Below, one piece after another: positions 1 through 14,060 of a DNA stretch of 64,000 nucleotides. The stretch spans positions 248,001 through 312,000 of the forward strand of contig NW_019029018.1 of assembly GCF_002105155.1 (NCBI RefSeq), written 5' to 3'. Under the pieces are notes generated by a model. It worked only from the letters and a program-made list of their open reading frames with translations, was not told where the DNA came from and did not search any database. The stretch is from Lobosporangium transversale (lineage: Eukaryota). Numbering within the stretch: position 1 is the first letter of the stretch; each line of letters opens with the position of its first letter. The position numbers and the translations under genes were made by a program.

Positions 1-1281
1 AGCTGACTCATTTATGCTTTGAGAATTAGCTGCATCAGGCTCATCGGATTGAAGAGCCGGAGCAGAGCCACGGCGGATAAGGATAGAACTTTCGCGAGCC
101 TTTAACGAAAGGCTATGTTTCAAGGAAGGGGGCAGACCTGTTGCTGGAGATGAAACACTGTTGTTGGTTCCCTCCTTGTCTTCCTCCTCATCCTTATCCT
201 CATCCTCATCCTCATTCTTATTTCTTAGTGTTTCACAAACAGGGTTATTAACAAGCAAGATTGACAGGCGATTCTTCCTTCTAATTCGCCTCTTTTTTGA
301 TTTTGACATTGTGCGTTCCATCGATTGCTCTGTAGATGATGGTTCTGGGATTTGACTAGCTGAGGTGGATGGAGTCGCTACTGGGTCGGCCAGCGATGCC
401 ACAGTCTGCGACTCGTTGTTCATGAGGCAGTTGTCGATGCTTTCAAAGCTACGACGGGGTGCGGTATGGACGTGGTGAAGTGGAGAGAGTGGTCGTGATG
501 GTGCTACGGATGATGATCGTGATGAGATTGGGGTATGATTGTGGAATACAGCACCTGAATCCGAGGGCGATGTGGGGAAGCTGAAGGGTCTGGGGGAGAA
601 TTCTGGTCTCTCTATCAAATCCTGTGATGGTAAGTCATTTTGGGGCTTCTTTTTGACGACTCTACTGACACGTCCTCGACGAACTCGAGCAGACCTCGCT
701 GAGGAGGAATGCTGAGAGACTGAAGAGAGGTAGTCACTCTCACAACCATCACTGTCCATTGGTTGTGAAAGATGTTGTGGGTGTGAACGAGAGTTGGCTG
801 AGGAGAGAGAGTGGAAGCGAGGATGAGAGTAAGTGGGAGTGGGAGAGGTTGGGGAAGGTGGAATGCAGGCATAGGTAGGGGGTGATTTGGGAACTGTATC
901 AACAGAGAAGCTGTTGTCATCATCATGACCATTTTTTTGATCAAGAGTGTTGCGTCTGTTGTGCCGTCTACCTCGTTTGTATCTCCTTGACCGTTTGATC
1001 GCTGCTGCAGATGTAGATTCAGCAGAGGCAGTGGATGAAATAGTTGCGGGAGTGAAGGTGGAAATATTAGATGTGGTGGCGGCAGTTGTTGATGGTGTCA
1101 AGGTTGCTGATGTAAATGTCGACTCCTTCACTGGACGGATGGACCGTTGCCCGGTCTTTTTCTGACTGGGTCTATGGTGAAGGGTGGATGTTTTGTTGGT
1201 GTTCATTGACAGTCGCAGATCAGGTGGATAAGAGGGTCTTCTAGCACGAGCAGGAGTCGACCTGCTGTGCGCCTCGAACAT
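1..1281 (-). CDS. Partial hypothetical protein, low-complexity and probably disordered (S/T/P-rich with basic and acidic tracts); runs off the left edge
   Basis: Manual translation gives an uninterrupted frame of 427 codons from ATG 1281 (MFEAHSRSTPARARRPSYPP...) to base 1. It is missing from the ORF track because there is no stop in the window. True start uncertain; a possible upstream exon at 1736-1920 ends in GTAAGG. Confidence 0.7.
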   Translation of the reverse strand, partial: MFEAHSRSTPARARRPSYPPDLRLSMNTNKTSTLHHRPSQKKTGQRSIRPVKESTFTSATLTPSTTAATTSNISTFTPATISSTASAESTSAAAIKRSRRYKRGRRHNRRNTLDQKNGHDDDNSFSVDTVPKSPPTYACIPPSPTSPTPTYSHPRFHSLSSANSRSHPQHLSQPMDSDGCESDYLSSVSQHSSSARSARVRRGRVSRVVKKKPQNDLPSQDLIERPEFSPRPFSFPTSPSDSGAVFHNHTPISSRSSSVAPSRPLSPLHHVHTAPRRSFESIDNCLMNNESQTVASLADPVATPSTSASQIPEPSSTEQSMERTMSKSKKRRIRRKNRLSILLVNNPVCETLRNKNEDEDEDKDEEEDKEGTNNSVSSPATGLPPSLKHSLSLKARESSILIRRGSAPALQSDEPDAANSQSINESA

Positions 1282-4200
1282 GGCAAGTAGAGCAACGTTG
1301 TGAGGAGAAGGGTAGGGGAGAAGGAGAGGTGAAGGGAGGGAGAGGGAAGAGAAGGTGAAGATTTGGAGGAGGGAAAGTGGAAAGAGAATAAATGAAGGCA
1401 AGAGAGCAAAAGAGAAATAGAAAGAGAGAGAAAAGAATAGGCATGTATGGTTAATTAGGATCACTAAACTGTAAGTGGGAGCACAAAAAAAAGCTCTCAT
1501 CATTTGAAAATCGAATTCCAAGTCATGGTGTACCATGGGTAACCATGGCCTGATGGTAAAGAAACAAAAACAGAGAAAAATGAAAGGACCCATGGCCAAA
1601 AAAACTATGCCAAGGCTCACTTTTTTTTTTTTAAATATCGTTTTCACGTTGTCCCCACTCTTGTGCAACACGTATTCATTACAACCTCACTCTCTATTTT
1701 TTTGGTGTATTAATTTATCTATTTTTTGTCCTTACGAATGATCGGAGAATGCTCTCACTCCGTCTAAAGCAGTATTAGTACTTCTGCAAGAGATGCTATT
1801 GTTACTGGCGCTGTTGCTGTTGCTATCGTTTATGTAGTTGCTGCGGTAGAAGTTGTCGCTGTTATTGTGGCTGCTGTCACGGTGTGGTCGAATAGGCCCA
1901 GTGTGACCATTGCTGACCATCAGCAAATCCTCTAGTAATTAGCTGTTGATGGCTTTACGAAAGTTGAACTAGGTGGATCTTTCTCTTTTTTGATATGACA
2001 GAAAGTCTAATATCAGGACAAGTAATAAAAAAAAAGAAAAAGAAAAAGAAAAAGAAAAGAAAAAGAGACGAAACGTATTATTACCAGCAAAACAGTAAAG
2101 AGAATAAAAAACAACAGGGGCTTTTCGAGTAAAAAGGGATATCAAAGGTCGAGGGTGCAAAAAGGGAAAAGGATGAATCTATTGATAGGCAATGAAAAAA
2201 AGTGCCTTTGGGGGTAGAAATAAATTTGTTTTGTGAGAGAGTAGGGCGCGAATGAGATGTGGATGGTATATATATATTGTGTGTCTGAGTGAATGAGATG
2301 TGTCTGTGCGTTGCCAGCTTGCGATAGGTTCGGAGTGGTCGTTGTGCTGTAATCGTCGTTGCCGTAGTACAGAGTTACAGGAGATCAAAATATAAACAAG
2401 ACGGGAAGATGGTGCAACGATGGAGACGGAAGAACAAAAAAAGGTCAACGCCTCTCCTTCCCCCTCCCCAACAAACAAATAGCACATACACCTAGTCTTT
2501 AACAGCCAATGAATTATTCCTGTCTGTTGTCTTTCAGTAAGCTTTTTGTTCGTGAAAGAAAAAAGAAAAGATTAAAAAGAGGGATTAGAATAATTCAACA
2601 GAATGGAAGGCAATGGAATGCCAATGGAGTTTGATTGGAAAAGATGAAATGTGAGAATGAATGAGAATGAATGCGATGAATGAATAAATGTGATGAATGC
2701 AATGGACCCGATGAATCAAGCAGTGCAAAGTGAGAAGAAGAAGAAGAGAGAGAGAGAGAGCTAAGGAGAGATTGAGCGAGTGAGCGAGAGGAAAGAGTGA
2801 GAGAAAATGCGGGGGAGTGGGAGAGAATGAAGAAGAATAAGAGTTACCGCGAGAGAGAAAGAGAGAGGAGATAGAACAGAACAGCAGAAACAAGACAGCC
2901 ACACCCAATGACCACATGAACAAGGTATTTTACAGAAAACTCTCTTTTACAAAAAAAAACAAACAAACAGATACGGAGACAAAGCACATGTAAAACGTCT
3001 ATGGGGTTCACAGTCCAACAGCCGATGTGGATGTGAATGCCAAGGCACATGAGCACTGCTGTGCTTCTGCTTTTTTAAGTCTGTAGTACTGGAAAAAACA
3101 GGACAAGGAGGGACTTTTGAAGGACAGAAAGACATGTCCAAAGACAAACAAGGACAATTGCAACATCATGTCGTTTTCTATCAGACTTTCTTTCACCTGT
3201 ACTCATTTCAATAACAGAACAATACTAAAAAAAGTTCATTCCAAATCGTAGACATTGACGTGTGTTTCTGTTGAGGAAAAGCTGGTACAACATTTTGCCT
3301 ATCTTGACATTTCTCCAACATTCCCATTGTACTTGTCTGACGCGTAAAAAAAAAAAAAAAAAAGGGTATTCAAGTCCATCCAGACGCGCCATTGGAACCA
3401 TCTTTTTACAAGTAAAAAAATGAAAGAAAGAGACGGATCAAAAGGGATAGAGAATAGGGCTCAGGATGACAATGCAACAGCAGGAGCAGGAGTGCTCTTT
3501 GTTCCTCTCTGGCTTTCTTGCCTCTTACTGCGAGACAGGAGGTATAAAAACGGGGCTTCAGAAAAGATGCAACCCAAAAAAACACAACATGCACCACAAT
3601 GCATGCTAAAAATTGAAAAAAAAAAAAAAAAAAAAAAATAGGAGGTTCAAGTAATCACAGCTACCCTTACTGTATACCACTTTTTATGTCTTCGTTAGTA
3701 CGGATTGTTACTGAATAGATTCTATATTGTATAAAGTATTGTAAATAGTCGTTCCTATTCAATGCTTTGGTTGCTGGCGAGATTTGCCTTTCTCTCTTTA
3801 TCTTTTTCTGGACCTGGGTGATTTCTTGTCTTCTCTACTTTCCAACATGTTTATTGAGGGCTCTGAATCTTTGACTGCATGTGTCAACAGCACAGCACAG
3901 ACTTGATCCTAACCATTGTCACCATCGATCCATTTATTAAAAACGCCACGTTGCGTTGATGGTAAATTTGATCCGTGGTATGTACAGCGACAGTTTTTTA
4001 CTCTTTTTGGTCCTTTATCTCATTTGTAATTAGAGTGATGACGGAAGTAGAGAGTCTTTTTTTTAGATGGATGTTTAAGAACTTTCGCTTGAAAAAATAC
4101 AACCCTTGACTTTAAAAAAGAAAAGATTTTTTTGAAGTCGAAAGGACTTTATGTTTTCAACTCGAGCCATAAACTAAATACCTGTTGCCCCTCTTTTGAA

Positions 4201-7200
4201 CGATAACATGCAAGTGTGCATGGATGGGGGGTTGGAAAGAAATATTAGAAAACCCATCATGGTCAAAGAGACAATGTCATGCGCAGAGAGAGTAGCTTTT
4301 GATTTATTTAACATCTATTTTATTTTAACGACAAAGATGGAGGTTGTGAACGATCCAAAACGTCTTTCTAACGATGCCTCAATGCTCCTGAGGAGACAAA
4401 GACGCAATGAATAAAAATTAGAAACATTCTCTCCTTGAAAGCCAACGTGGTGTCTCTGACCCTTTTTTTCTTATTGCCATGGCTGTATGGTTATGGTTGT
4501 GATTGCCTATTATTTATTTTATTATATACTATTATGGCTATTTTATTTTATCCCACGAAACAGAATCCCCCTCTTTCAGCTGGGACGGCACTTTGTATCA
4601 CGTTCCAGGAGTGAGTTTATTTTGCTGCATGATTTTTCTCTCTCTCTCTCTCTGACATGCAGTATACATGTACTGTACACAGTTACTGTACAACTCTATA
4701 CATACGCCACGGTATTCGGTATTTTCTTCCCCTCTCTTCCCAATTGCTTTTTTTTTTATTGCTTTACATGCCCAAACAACAGATCGACCACTTTGAAAAT
4801 TTGGGTTGGTACGTGGTTTTGATCATGGTGACAGTCTTGGTGTCACTGATTTGAAATCAATGGAACAAGTTTAAAATAGGAACACCTTGTATAACATTTA
4901 CAGTAGCTATCATTGAATACATATATTTGCATGAATATACTGATATAAAAAAAAAAAAACTCGTATGATTTTCAAAAAAAAAAAAAAAAAAAAAAAAGAG
5001 GGCTCGAATAGACTACACCATGCTTGTCATCTTTCTATTGTTTTAGTCGCTATACTCATGTGTTATAAATATAGAGACCTTGGGAGCAGACATTCTGTCA
5101 AATCAGGAGAGGATCGCTAAGCAAACAAAGTCATATCACTGGTCCAGGGTGAGTTCAAATGTCAACCGTGCGTCAAGGATATTGAAAGAGTAAGCAATGC
5201 TCGCAAGATCTCTCGGCTCTTTTTTTTTTAAACAATTTTGCTGTTGTTTGACTTATTAGACTTTTCTGGTCAAAGAAATAAGAAATAATAGATAGAAGAG
5301 AGGCTAAAAAGTGCTGTTAGTCATTCTATATTTGTCTTTATCATGGAGTTATTCGGTTGGTTTATAAACGTAGCGTATACACATATCATTCATATCGTAT
5401 ACATGTATATCCTACATATATACATGTATATATATATAATAAATTTAGACATAAACCATCAACTTTTCTTATACATCATCCTTATTCCGCAGCAATTCTA
5501 GAATTCTATGAAGCGTTGCCTCGTGAAACACATGACACATTTCTACAAGGAAAGAAATCTTCTGCTGTGAAGAAAGGATGCCAGTCTATATGAAATTAAA
5601 AAAAATAAGGTGTCTATCCATCCGCCCTTGCGCAATCTGCAATAAATTTGCTCCATGGCTCCATATCAGATATATTTTATCGGCCACTTTTTATGCATTC
5701 TACATTCTGCATTAAAAAACAAATGCTTTTAAGAGGGAAAGCCGGGGCGAAAGAGCCACGTCGAAACTCTTTCACTCTACCCGGTTATTTTTATCTTTAA
5801 ACATCCTTTTTTTTCATGCAATATATAGATAGTTTAGTTTACACATGGAATGGGCGAAGAGTAAGTAAAAAGAGGAGAGAGAGGGCGTTTGTGCTCATTA
5901 AAAAAAAAAAAAAAAAAAAAAATGAAATACAATACAATACATATTCATATCCACTTCCGCTTCCTTCGTTCGCACCGTACAGTACATGTACATGTATAAA
6001 ATGAAAACCATGTTTTTGGTCAAAGTCAAAGCGTTCTTGTTGACTGAAGCTATGCAGTACTGAAAATTCATACAATCAATATTAGCCAGCCGACTACAGG
6101 GCTTAATCTTATATCTTGTTGTTCCTGCGTTTGCGTTATTGTAGGGCAGCACATGTCGCACGTTGCCATGGATGTGCCAAAATGGAAGAAAAAAATAAAT
6201 AAATAAAAATAAATAAAAAATAGGAAATAGACAACTTGACTAGACTAAGCAATTGAGGCAGTCGTAGTCAATTCGTCGTGCCGCTCTAGACTTCTTGAGG
6301 CGTCGAAGTCACATACCCAAATTACAATCCAGGAACAAAAAATCCAATGTCACTGACGAGGTCAAACGTGGCAAATACTAAAGCTTTGCTTTCTATGTCT
6401 GTTGGTTCGAAATCCCTTACCTTCCATACATCTGAGAGAGAACGGCAGTTAATTGATCTCTCAATTACAGGTGGACTAATACAGTACAACTATACTGTTC
6501 ATATCATTAGCTTGAGGCGTATTTCTTTACGGGTTCAATTCTCTATTAATCTTCTCAATCATATCCTCAAGCGTTGTGGGAAGAGTAAAGTATCGTGTCT
6601 ACTCATAATCGATGCAACATCCATCCGAAAGCATTCTCCTTCCCAAGAATGACAAATAGTGTCCTTTAGATGAAAATAGATCAGTACATCTGGCAGGGTT
6701 TTCAAGGAACAAGCGAAAAGGAAGAGGGAAAAAAAAAAAAAAAAAAAAAAAGATCGACGCATCGCTTGGAAATGAGGAAATATTTCATCACCCATTATAA
6801 TGACAAAACAAACAGTGACAATTCCAAAAGACCGACATCGCAAAGGCAATGACAGTTCGTCTTGCTTTGCGTGCTCGCAAGACATTCGAGAAGTGTTTCT
6901 GGATGCATTGTGATTCAAGTAAGATGGGAATCCCATTTCATTCCTTTATGTAGATTCTAGTGGAAATAAATGTATTGCTCTCAATTTGACATTAGAATCA
7001 AACCACCGCGCATTACATTCTATCCCGACAAGGTCTTGGATGCCATTACAAGACTACCATAGTTCTGTAACTGCGACGGCACCAGCTACAGTTATCACCG
7101 ACAGCAACGCTGTCCTCAATTCCCAACATCGAGAAAGTCAGCAAACCTGATCTCTTCTCGGAATCCTCTTTTATCATTATCACATTGGTTCAACCTTTCA

Positions 7201-8499
7201 ACCAATCCCTTAATACTTGCAACTACACACAAAACGAGATGACCAGCTCTAACATTAAAAAGATTTTAGAGTTGCTGTCCGAAGCCAAAGATAAGGATAA
7301 CAAGTTGGCTAGCTCATTGCAGCAGGTCAAAGAGAAGGAGAAAAATGTTGACTAGCCTGCTGCGGGAAGTCGAAAAGGGCAAAATGTCTGATCTGCAACT
7401 GGTGGCAATAAAAATGTTTGAACTATAAAGCCAAGCCCTGCTATTTTTCAAAAATTCAAATACATGTTAATGCTATCCTTGTCGAAAAAAAGAACAGAAA
7501 GTGTTTGAAAATCTAGCGGAGGCGAACGGAGGCAAATATGACTCGTGCCTTGGTCAAGTGGCTACCATACTGGGATCCAAAACCAAAGCTGGAGAATCCT
7601 TCGACAATGCAAGATGTGTTTATGAAATGTCACATTTGATTGGAATTGGACCAAAACTGAACTTGAAGAAGCACTAAAAAGAAGTCAAGTGTATCGATTC
7701 TTGAACTTAAGCTTAGATGGCCTCAAAGAAACCATTACCAAGAAATTATTTTCAACATCCACGCGATATGGAATACCTGTTCATATCATAGAGCTGGGTA
7801 ACATGAAGATTATACATATTACTCTATCCTCAGATATCATTATTTCCGATCTACAGTCTAAAGAAATCGCCACATTTCCAGTGGAGAATCATGGGTACAA
7901 GAACAGACGCCTGAATAGACCAGCTCTATCAGAGCAATTATATAATCTGGATACCCAGTAAAGATGCAGTCCCTAACAGTGTGAACGACCAGAAATTTCG
8001 ACGGCTGGTTGCGTGGATGCAAAGGCAAGCTAAGGAATAGTCTCAAAAGATGTTATAATATGAAATAGTAATAAGAAAAAAGAAAGGAATCTTACTCAGA
8101 GCTTCGTTAGAAACAAGGAGTCAGCGGTAGTTTGATGCCGCGCCTACGCACCCCAAACTCGGCATAAAATCTAGCTGCATCAGGTACATCCAAAGCGTGT
8201 TGGTTGGCATGCGATATTGTTTGGCGCGTGTCAATCATTAGCGCTACCGTTGTCCTGCCGAAGCTGTTCCCATTTCATTTTCATGCCGGGAGAGGAAGAG
8301 GCCTTATTCTTTCTTTCATCATCTTTCACCGCTTTTATAGCGTCGACAATGTAATCCACCATTGACTTTCTACTGGTGTTTATCGGCGGTGGTGCCAAAG
8401 AAGTAAAGGAGATGTGACTAAGGGGCAATGGTCTGTTCCTTTCATCTTTGTTTCCTCCTTTCCATTTTAAGGAGGCTGGGAAGCAAATTACCGATTCAA

Positions 8500-8724
8500 A
8501 TGTTCAACTCGTCACAAGCTACTCTCTTTTTCATGTCTTCCAGTGACGCCGCTTGCGCCTGCACCAATGTTACAGCTGAATACCACTGTGGTTAGTCCCC
8601 TCTGTTCAGTGGGTGCAAATCCAATAATCTTTATCAATGTAATGGCATCTATGGCAGCCCGGCCTATGAGCGCAAGCATTGCTGGAACAATGAGTGGCTT
8701 GGTAGGAGTCAGTGCAGGTCTTAA
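8500..8724 (+). pseudogene. Pseudogene of the secreted 8-Cys peptide family
   Basis: Reads LFFMSSSDAACACTNVTAEYHCG*SPLFSGCKSNNLYQCNGIYGSPAYERKHC...QCRS*. In-frame TAG at 8593-8595; the family start codon and first part of the signal peptide are deleted; one Cys lost. Upstream DNA (~8200-8510) resembles the upstream DNA of the 9848 gene. Confidence 0.85.
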
Positions 8725-9847
8725 ACTTGTTCATATCGCACCTATGCAAAGGTTACTTCGAATATTGGTAAAAAGGTTTGGACTTGATATTTCTGGTTCC
8801 TTTCGCCTCAGCTGACATTTGTTTTTTATATACCATTCTATTTTTTTGACTTTCGATGCAGCACACACTGCATCCTGGCACCCTCCATCGCTTTATCCGA
8901 ACCAACGGCAGCGCATTTGATCGAAAGGGCGATCAATGCCTTTGCATTTTGCATCCAAGCAATGTTCATAGTGAACTTAAGGTTACAAATGTGTCGTCAC
9001 TCTTAGAGCAGTAACAATCTCTATATTATTTTTCCTAGGGGTGACTGTACGCCATGCACTAGTGAACATCTGCCTCATCCTTTTGGAAAAGAGCATAAAC
9101 TGTAGTACTGTCGCATGAACTTGCCAGAAATGCAAATTGGCTTCTTTCTACAGACATCTGCTTTCAAAGAGAATAATTAACCGCGCCTGCTGCATCTGGT
9201 AATGAAGTCTCTTTAATTCGTCTTGTCAGTTACCACAGTCATGCGCAGGTCAATTTCATAGACGATACGTCAGTTCCGCAAGCCTACAGTACTGCTATCA
9301 GGCCCATTGGTGTTAAGAAGGGGAATATAAATGATGGCTGTTCATTCGAAAGGACATATAGGACAATGAGCCAGATTTGATATCTGCAAATATACCTTAT
9401 TCAGCAAATGTTATCTGCGTTGGATATATCTTTCATATCTGAACCTGCACTTGAAGGGGTCATGAAAAAGGGTTAAGTCAGCAATAGATTGGTGTGCCGG
9501 CATAACCTAACCCCGGCGCTAAGGGCATCAACTACATCCAAAAATAGACCAGCATGTTAATGAATGTGCTATTGGCATGCGTCAATAGTACCGCCGTTAT
9601 CCTGTTAAAGTTAGCCACATTTCATTTTCACACACCTTCCCTCATTACCTTCAATGGATTTAAAGGCATTGCCAAAGCCGTAAAAGATGTAGAGATAGGG
9701 AGCAATGATCTGTTTTTCCACCAATAGGCTTCTTTAGCTTTTTTCTTTTTTTACTATAAGAAGGCTTTGGATCAGACTATCGACTCACATTCCCTCAACT
9801 AATCATAAATCCCAATATCCTCCGGCTCCTCTCCCGTCTGCCACATA

Positions 9848-10099
9848 ATGAAGGCCTTCCAGATTTCCCTTGCCGTCACCTTAGCAGTTCTCTTTTTCTT
9901 GTCTTCCAGTGATGCCGCCTGCATCTGCAACACCTCTACCCCTGGAACATATTGCGGTCAGTCTTCTTACGTCACTGGATGCATTCACGAAGTCGTTTAT
10001 AAATGCAATGGCGTCTATGGGAGCCAAGGCTATTACTATGCGCGTTGCAGGAGAGGTTGCGTCCATGGGTCGATGTCTAACGACCACTGTCTGCGCTAA
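9848..10099 (+). CDS. Small secreted cysteine-rich protein (8-Cys family), copy 1, 83 aa
   Basis: MK + hydrophobic signal peptide ending SSSDA; mature part has 8 Cys spaced C-x-C-x8-C-x8-C-x7-C-x13-C-x3-C-x9-C; TATA-like CTATAAGAA about 90 bp upstream; four intact paralogues in the window. Confidence 0.9.
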   Translation: MKAFQISLAVTLAVLFFLSSSDAACICNTSTPGTYCGQSSYVTGCIHEVVYKCNGVYGSQGYYYARCRRGCVHGSMSNDHCLR

Positions 10100-11414
10100 A
10101 TTTACCTATAAATAAACCATGAAGTTTTCATTTTACTTTTTGCAAAAGGTAATTTCGGATGTTTGGACTACAAATTAAGTGGCAAACGTTAACTTAAAAG
10201 CGTGCGACATCCCTAGTTTCTTTCACTTAAGTTGAAATTGCTCTTTAATACATTCGTCCTTTTTCCTTTATTTTTTTTTTTTTTCCTTTATTTTTTCGAT
10301 GTAAAGCATGGGGTGTACCGCCATAACTTTCATTGTTCTGTTCAAATCAACGGTGGCGCAATTGACTTAGCCCCCGGACGCAGGGAGAGTCAACTCCATA
10401 GTGGCTCCCTTTAGTGAGTGTTCATAGTGAGACCATAGTTATTAATGAGTCATCACTCTTTTTGCTTAAGCAAGTAAACTACTCTTTCTCTGGAAATGTA
10501 ATTACTTTTGAAGTCCCAACTAGCGCGTTTTCTTTTGAACATCTGGTTCGCCTGTGTAAGAGGAATGCAATTCGTCTTTTCCCTCTCCCCTTGATGGAGT
10601 ATATAGCTCAATCGCATCTGATGCATCCAACAGTAACGCCTCTTTGAGTTATCACGCCGGTCTTTGTAGTCATACGCAAACCGCCGCAAGACTACAGCAA
10701 TACCACTAGCAGCCCCATAGAAGTTAAAGAAGATCTGCTTGTGGAGAGTATCACACTTAAAAAGAGTACTTTATGGCTTTTACTTTGTAGTTTTAATTTG
10801 CTAGTTGAATTATATGTTATTTGCTGTTTGAAAGTATTCTACAGCTTGACACGCAATCAGCGAACGGTTAAGAGGGATGTCGAGTTGGCATGCCTGAGTC
10901 AGAAAGATTGAGACGACTACAAGCTTGACATAGGACCGTATATGAGCGACCTTAAGGAGCATTGAGCCTTGCTAGTCTTCATTGACGGACTTGACTAGAG
11001 AGGATTGAATGACCAATGGTCATCAGTTGCAACAGGAAGGTCTTGGGTATTGCAAATGTATAGAGTGCATTCTATCATTAGCACTTACTCTCGCAATCTG
11101 AAGCAAAACGCTCTGATTCTGGTGGCGCGCATTAAACCTCGGGCAGTAAGCCAAACAGATGCTTACAAATAATGAAACATTACTTGCAAGCCAGTAGAGG
11201 CTTTCATCAGCTGCATCGTCGCTCCAAACGAAGGATAACGCAGCTTCGATAGCGGTGTCCCTACTTTGACTGTAGTTGGCCGAGCCGAACACTCCTGAGG
11301 ATGCATGCAAAACAAAATACCTCATCGACTGTGTTGTTTGCTCTAAATGAAGGAGCACATAGTACAACAGCGACGTCTCTGCTTTTAGCATCACAGCCAA
11401 AGGACGCACTCATG

Positions 11415-11575
11415 AGCATTCAGCAAACAAAAAAACAAAAATATAACTGAATTGCTACTCCAAATGAAGGATCACACAGCAATAGCGACATTTCTTGCTT
11501 TTTTACTGCCCAAGGACCGAAGCGAGTGAGGGAAGAGAACTTTTAGGAGTCTATGATCTATTAAACCATAGACTA
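11415..11575 (+). repeat. Dispersed degenerate repeat or pseudogene fragment; inverted copy at ~19715-19880
   Basis: caaatgaaggatcacacagcaatagcgacatttcttgcttttttactgcccaaggacc matches the reverse complement of ~19770-19830 with few mismatches. Confidence 0.7.
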
Positions 11576-12101
11576 GAAGACCGGCATTAGTGTATGTACA
11601 TTAAGAAGTAAATCATCAAGGTAGAGAAAGTGAAGCACGCACCTTTGCAATTGTCCTTATGATCGCTATTTCCCGACACAGTAAAGGCCTTAAAACCAAA
11701 CCTCAAGAAGTGAATGAAAGCATATCTCAAGAATGCCATGCGTGCTTTAGACTCCGTGAGACGCGTCTAGACAAACCCTACTAAAGGCTCAAACCCACTT
11801 TTAAACGTCAATATTGGCTGGGGCTGCGGATCACTAATGGTTACCACGAGTAAAACAAGGATCATTATGTGCTCATATGTCAACAGATCTTTCAAAAGAA
11901 AAAAAAGAACCTTGTAAAAATAAGTCTTAGTTTATAGCTGCAAGTAGCGGCAAGCATCCATTGCACGAGCTTGAGTTAGGCGGAATACGAGAGTGCTCTA
12001 ACACTCTTTGCTCTGATATTCTGCTTGTCTTCACTCTTTGAACTCATGCGTAAGAAGGATTAGTTGAGGAAGATATCTCCTTTGGATCCCTTGTATTATC
12101 C

Positions 12102-12778
12102 CTTTGGTCAGTTTAGTGTGCTTATATTTTTAGGAAATTAGCTTAAGTTGCTAGAAGATTCGCTTAAATAAATCCCAACTCCACTTAACATGTCAACCAA
12201 ATGTGCTCACTTTTAAATCATTTTAACTCGTAACTGTTTGTTGATATATATCTAGACACACTCAACACATCTATCGACATATACACCATTCAATGGATAC
12301 ATGCCTCAACACATACACCCAAGTCTCCAAGCGCCAAGGGTAATAGTAATGGACAATGTCAAGTTCCGCAAAAGCCCAGAGATCAAAAAAGTAATTGAAA
12401 GCCATGGTCTTACATTCTTGTTCCTACCCCCATATACCCCTCGCTTCAATACGACTGAATGGGTCTTTGGTCATGTTAAGGCCGATGTAAGGATCCAAGA
12501 GTTAGATAGATAAGCAAGAAATGTTAACAGAGCACGTTGAGGCAAGTCTTCGAAATATGATACTGTATTACCCCCTCAATGTGCTGTGGGTGGATGCGTG
12601 AGGTCAATAGGAACATATCAATAGCACTCAGAGGTGAACCTCTGGGTCGATATTACAGTTGAATAAAACTTAAGCGAATTTGGTTTGAAAGTTAAGTAAA
12701 ATTGGTAAGCCACTTGGCTCAGTTGGTTGGTAAAATAGCACCAATGATATATAAAATAGCACACTCAATTGGTCAAAG
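12102..12778 (+). mobile_element. Internally deleted Tc1/mariner (IS630-like DDE) DNA transposon remnant
   Basis: ORF 12301-12513 has VIVMDN...FLPPYTPRFNTTE (second D and E of the DDE triad). Degenerate TIRs ctttggtcagtttagtgtgct (12102) and agcacactcaattggtcaaag (ends 12778), followed by TA. Confidence 0.75.
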
Positions 12779-12897
12779 TATTATTTATTTACATAAATCA
12801 CAATAAAGACGAATGCAATTATACATTCTAAAGACGTCCACTGTTCTTTATCTTAAAATCATTGATAAGCTGCAGCACGCTTTGTATGCCACATCGA

Positions 12898-13290
12898 TCA
12901 CCATATCACCTTGATATATCTTATTGCGGTTGGACATTTAAACATATCGCTCTCTTCAATATCGTGACAATGTAAAGACCCCTCCACTGACTCTACTAAG
13001 ACCATTCCAATGCTCAATATAGTGCTGATCATAGCTGGAGATGAAAGGGGATAGGATGTTGAAGTCCTTCGCCTCTTATCCACCTGAACTTCGACAGCCC
13101 TTGAACTCGATCTGCAGGGCTTTGTAAACGGCACTTGTAAGTAAATCGAGATGTCCCATTTGCGAAAGCCAACTCAGAATATTTTGTCCAGACTTTATCA
13201 ACTAGAGCCTACCATTGATATTCGGCCTCGTCGATAGTGATGCTTAAAGGCTTCTTAACGTTAAAAAGACAGGCATCATATTGGAGTTGA
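12898..13290 (-). pseudogene. Probable MULE-type transposase N-terminal (WRKY/GCM-like zinc finger) remnant
   Basis: Frameshifted reading ...FTYKCR/...KRRRTST...GMVLVE...HCHDIEESDMFKCPTAIR, recognised from memory as the C...HxH DNA-binding region of Mucoromycota Mutator-like transposases; contains stops. Confidence 0.5.
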
Positions 13291-14060
13291 GAAAGGGAAT
13301 GTGAAGGGGTTGAATTTAGTAAAGAAACATTGTTTTATTTTTTACCTTTCCATTGGCATAAAACTTTAAATGGTACCATCAGATATTCACATTTACACAA
13401 CACCTGGGATGGCACGAATATGATATGCAACAATGCCTCAATATAAAACAGTGGAAGTCTTTAGAATGTATAATTGCAATTATATATAGAGTAGGGTTGC
13501 AATTGTGGAAGGAGACTTCAGTCACGGTCCGGGCTTTAAACACACCCGTTTTTTCTACTAGAACATAAAAAAAAATAGACGTTAAGAAGCGTCCAGAGGA
13601 ATTTCTCCTTTACAAAACATTATTTTGTGAATTAAGTGAAGATGGTCGCGTTTTTATTACAATAACATGCCAATATTCTTAATTTCATTGACGTCGTGCT
13701 CTCCAGTCGCCTCCCAATTCCTCAACGATTCTTTCATAGCCAGTGTTTCTCGAATTCGCGAATGTTCGCATTCGCACAATATAAGATCATAGTAAAATCA
13801 TATAAATCATATTCGCAATTGAGAAGTACTATTCATAGCTCTGTAGAAGGATTAAGAGCCACTTGCTTCTCTCGATTCATAATAACCAACCAACCTGTTA
13901 GTCTCTTCAAATCCTTCCCCCTTGTATTTGATACGATAGTTGATTCAGTTAATTCGACGAACCTATCAAGTCTGATAAAAATAGGGCATTAGAGTCATGC
14001 GACATCTAAATAAGACACATTTTCTATCCCATTCGAAACTCAGGATCGCCAATGAAGACA

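Noticed and set aside
6360..6420. tRNA-like B-box ggttcgaaatcc
   Set aside because: Spacing is off by one base and no cloverleaf can be folded.
161..6936. Many 60-125 aa ORFs antisense to or upstream of the first gene
   Set aside because: Shadow frames or microsatellite/homopolymer translations with no motifs.
7239..8050. Coding-like degraded sequence (coiled-coil then LRR-like fragments)
   Set aside because: Too many stops and frameshifts to assign a family or boundaries.
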